In this document: piece by piece, positions 63,541-64,000 of the stretch
Layout: every line of letters starts with the position of its first letter
Numbering within the stretch: the first letter of the stretch is position 1
Assembly: GCA_024137785.1 (NCBI GenBank)
Contig: JAHRHZ010000026.1
Coordinates: 1,047,126 to 1,111,125 of the forward strand
DNA: 64,000 nucleotides
Source: Ginglymostoma cirratum
Taxonomy: Eukaryota
Reading direction: 5' to 3'
The notes under the pieces: model-generated
The model's input: only the letters and a program-made list of their open reading frames with translations
Databases searched by the model: none
Told to the model about the DNA's origin: nothing
Position numbers and translations under genes: made by a program

Positions 63541-64000
63541 ATATCATCTAATGCCCTCTTGCAAACCTCAGTTGAATCTGCCTCCATACACTTCCATGTA
63601 GTGCATTCTATGCTGTGACAATACTATGGCGTTAAGAGGTATATTTTGTCCTTTTCTCTGGTTAAGGAAGGTTGAGGCAGAAGTACGGAGCTGACTGCTG
63701 CAAAGCAATAAAGTAAACAGCTTGTGAGGCCTTTTTTTTAAAGTTGGAACAATAGAAGCAGCCTGAATGGGTGGGGTCAAGCTCCCACAAAACCAAGAAT
63801 TTAGTTTTAGTTTTCGGCAGTTGCTGGGGTCTTGAGGCTGAATGAAGAAGCTCTTATTCCTCTCTCTGTTACAACTAAAAGCTGGGGTTCTCTTCCCGCT
63901 GCTAGAATTGCATGTAAGACAATCTATTTTACTGAATTTTCCTTTGTTAAAGGTACGTTTATGGGATGTTACTACATTGGACCAGTTGGCGTTTAGTAGT

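Noticed and set aside
234-63780. Remaining 60-130 aa ORFs in the track
   Set aside because: No recognisable domains; they are consistent with random or repeat-derived ORFs in intronic and intergenic DNA.

Overview
This is eukaryotic, repeat-rich vertebrate DNA, most likely from a shark; that is inferred from an HE1-type V-SINE, Deu-domain SINEs and dense CR1 and Penelope content. The only host gene evident is the first coding exon of a FoxO transcription factor on the minus strand (ATG 34201, splice donor after 33776). Its forkhead N-half is closest to FOXO6. The exon lies in a CpG island with CCAAT boxes, GC boxes and a perfect CRE. Positions 1-33775 appear to be intron 1 (exon 2 is not in the window), and positions above ~34700 are upstream sequence. 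The rest is mostly decayed CR1, L2, RTE and Rex-type LINEs, several tRNA-derived SINE families and two Gypsy 3'-end+LTR remnants. The most unusual signals are: (i) about 15 short Penelope-derived insertions related to hammerhead-ribozyme-like units, several with 11-15 bp target-site duplications (TSDs) and several folded back at the ribozyme motif; (ii) a 309-bp spacer-less palindrome 1.2 kb into the FoxO intron; (iii) an upstream ORF in frame with FoxO and separated from it by one TGA-C stop; and (iv) an E-box-bearing minisatellite abutting the promoter. Repeat boundaries were read by eye and are approximate unless TSDs are given.
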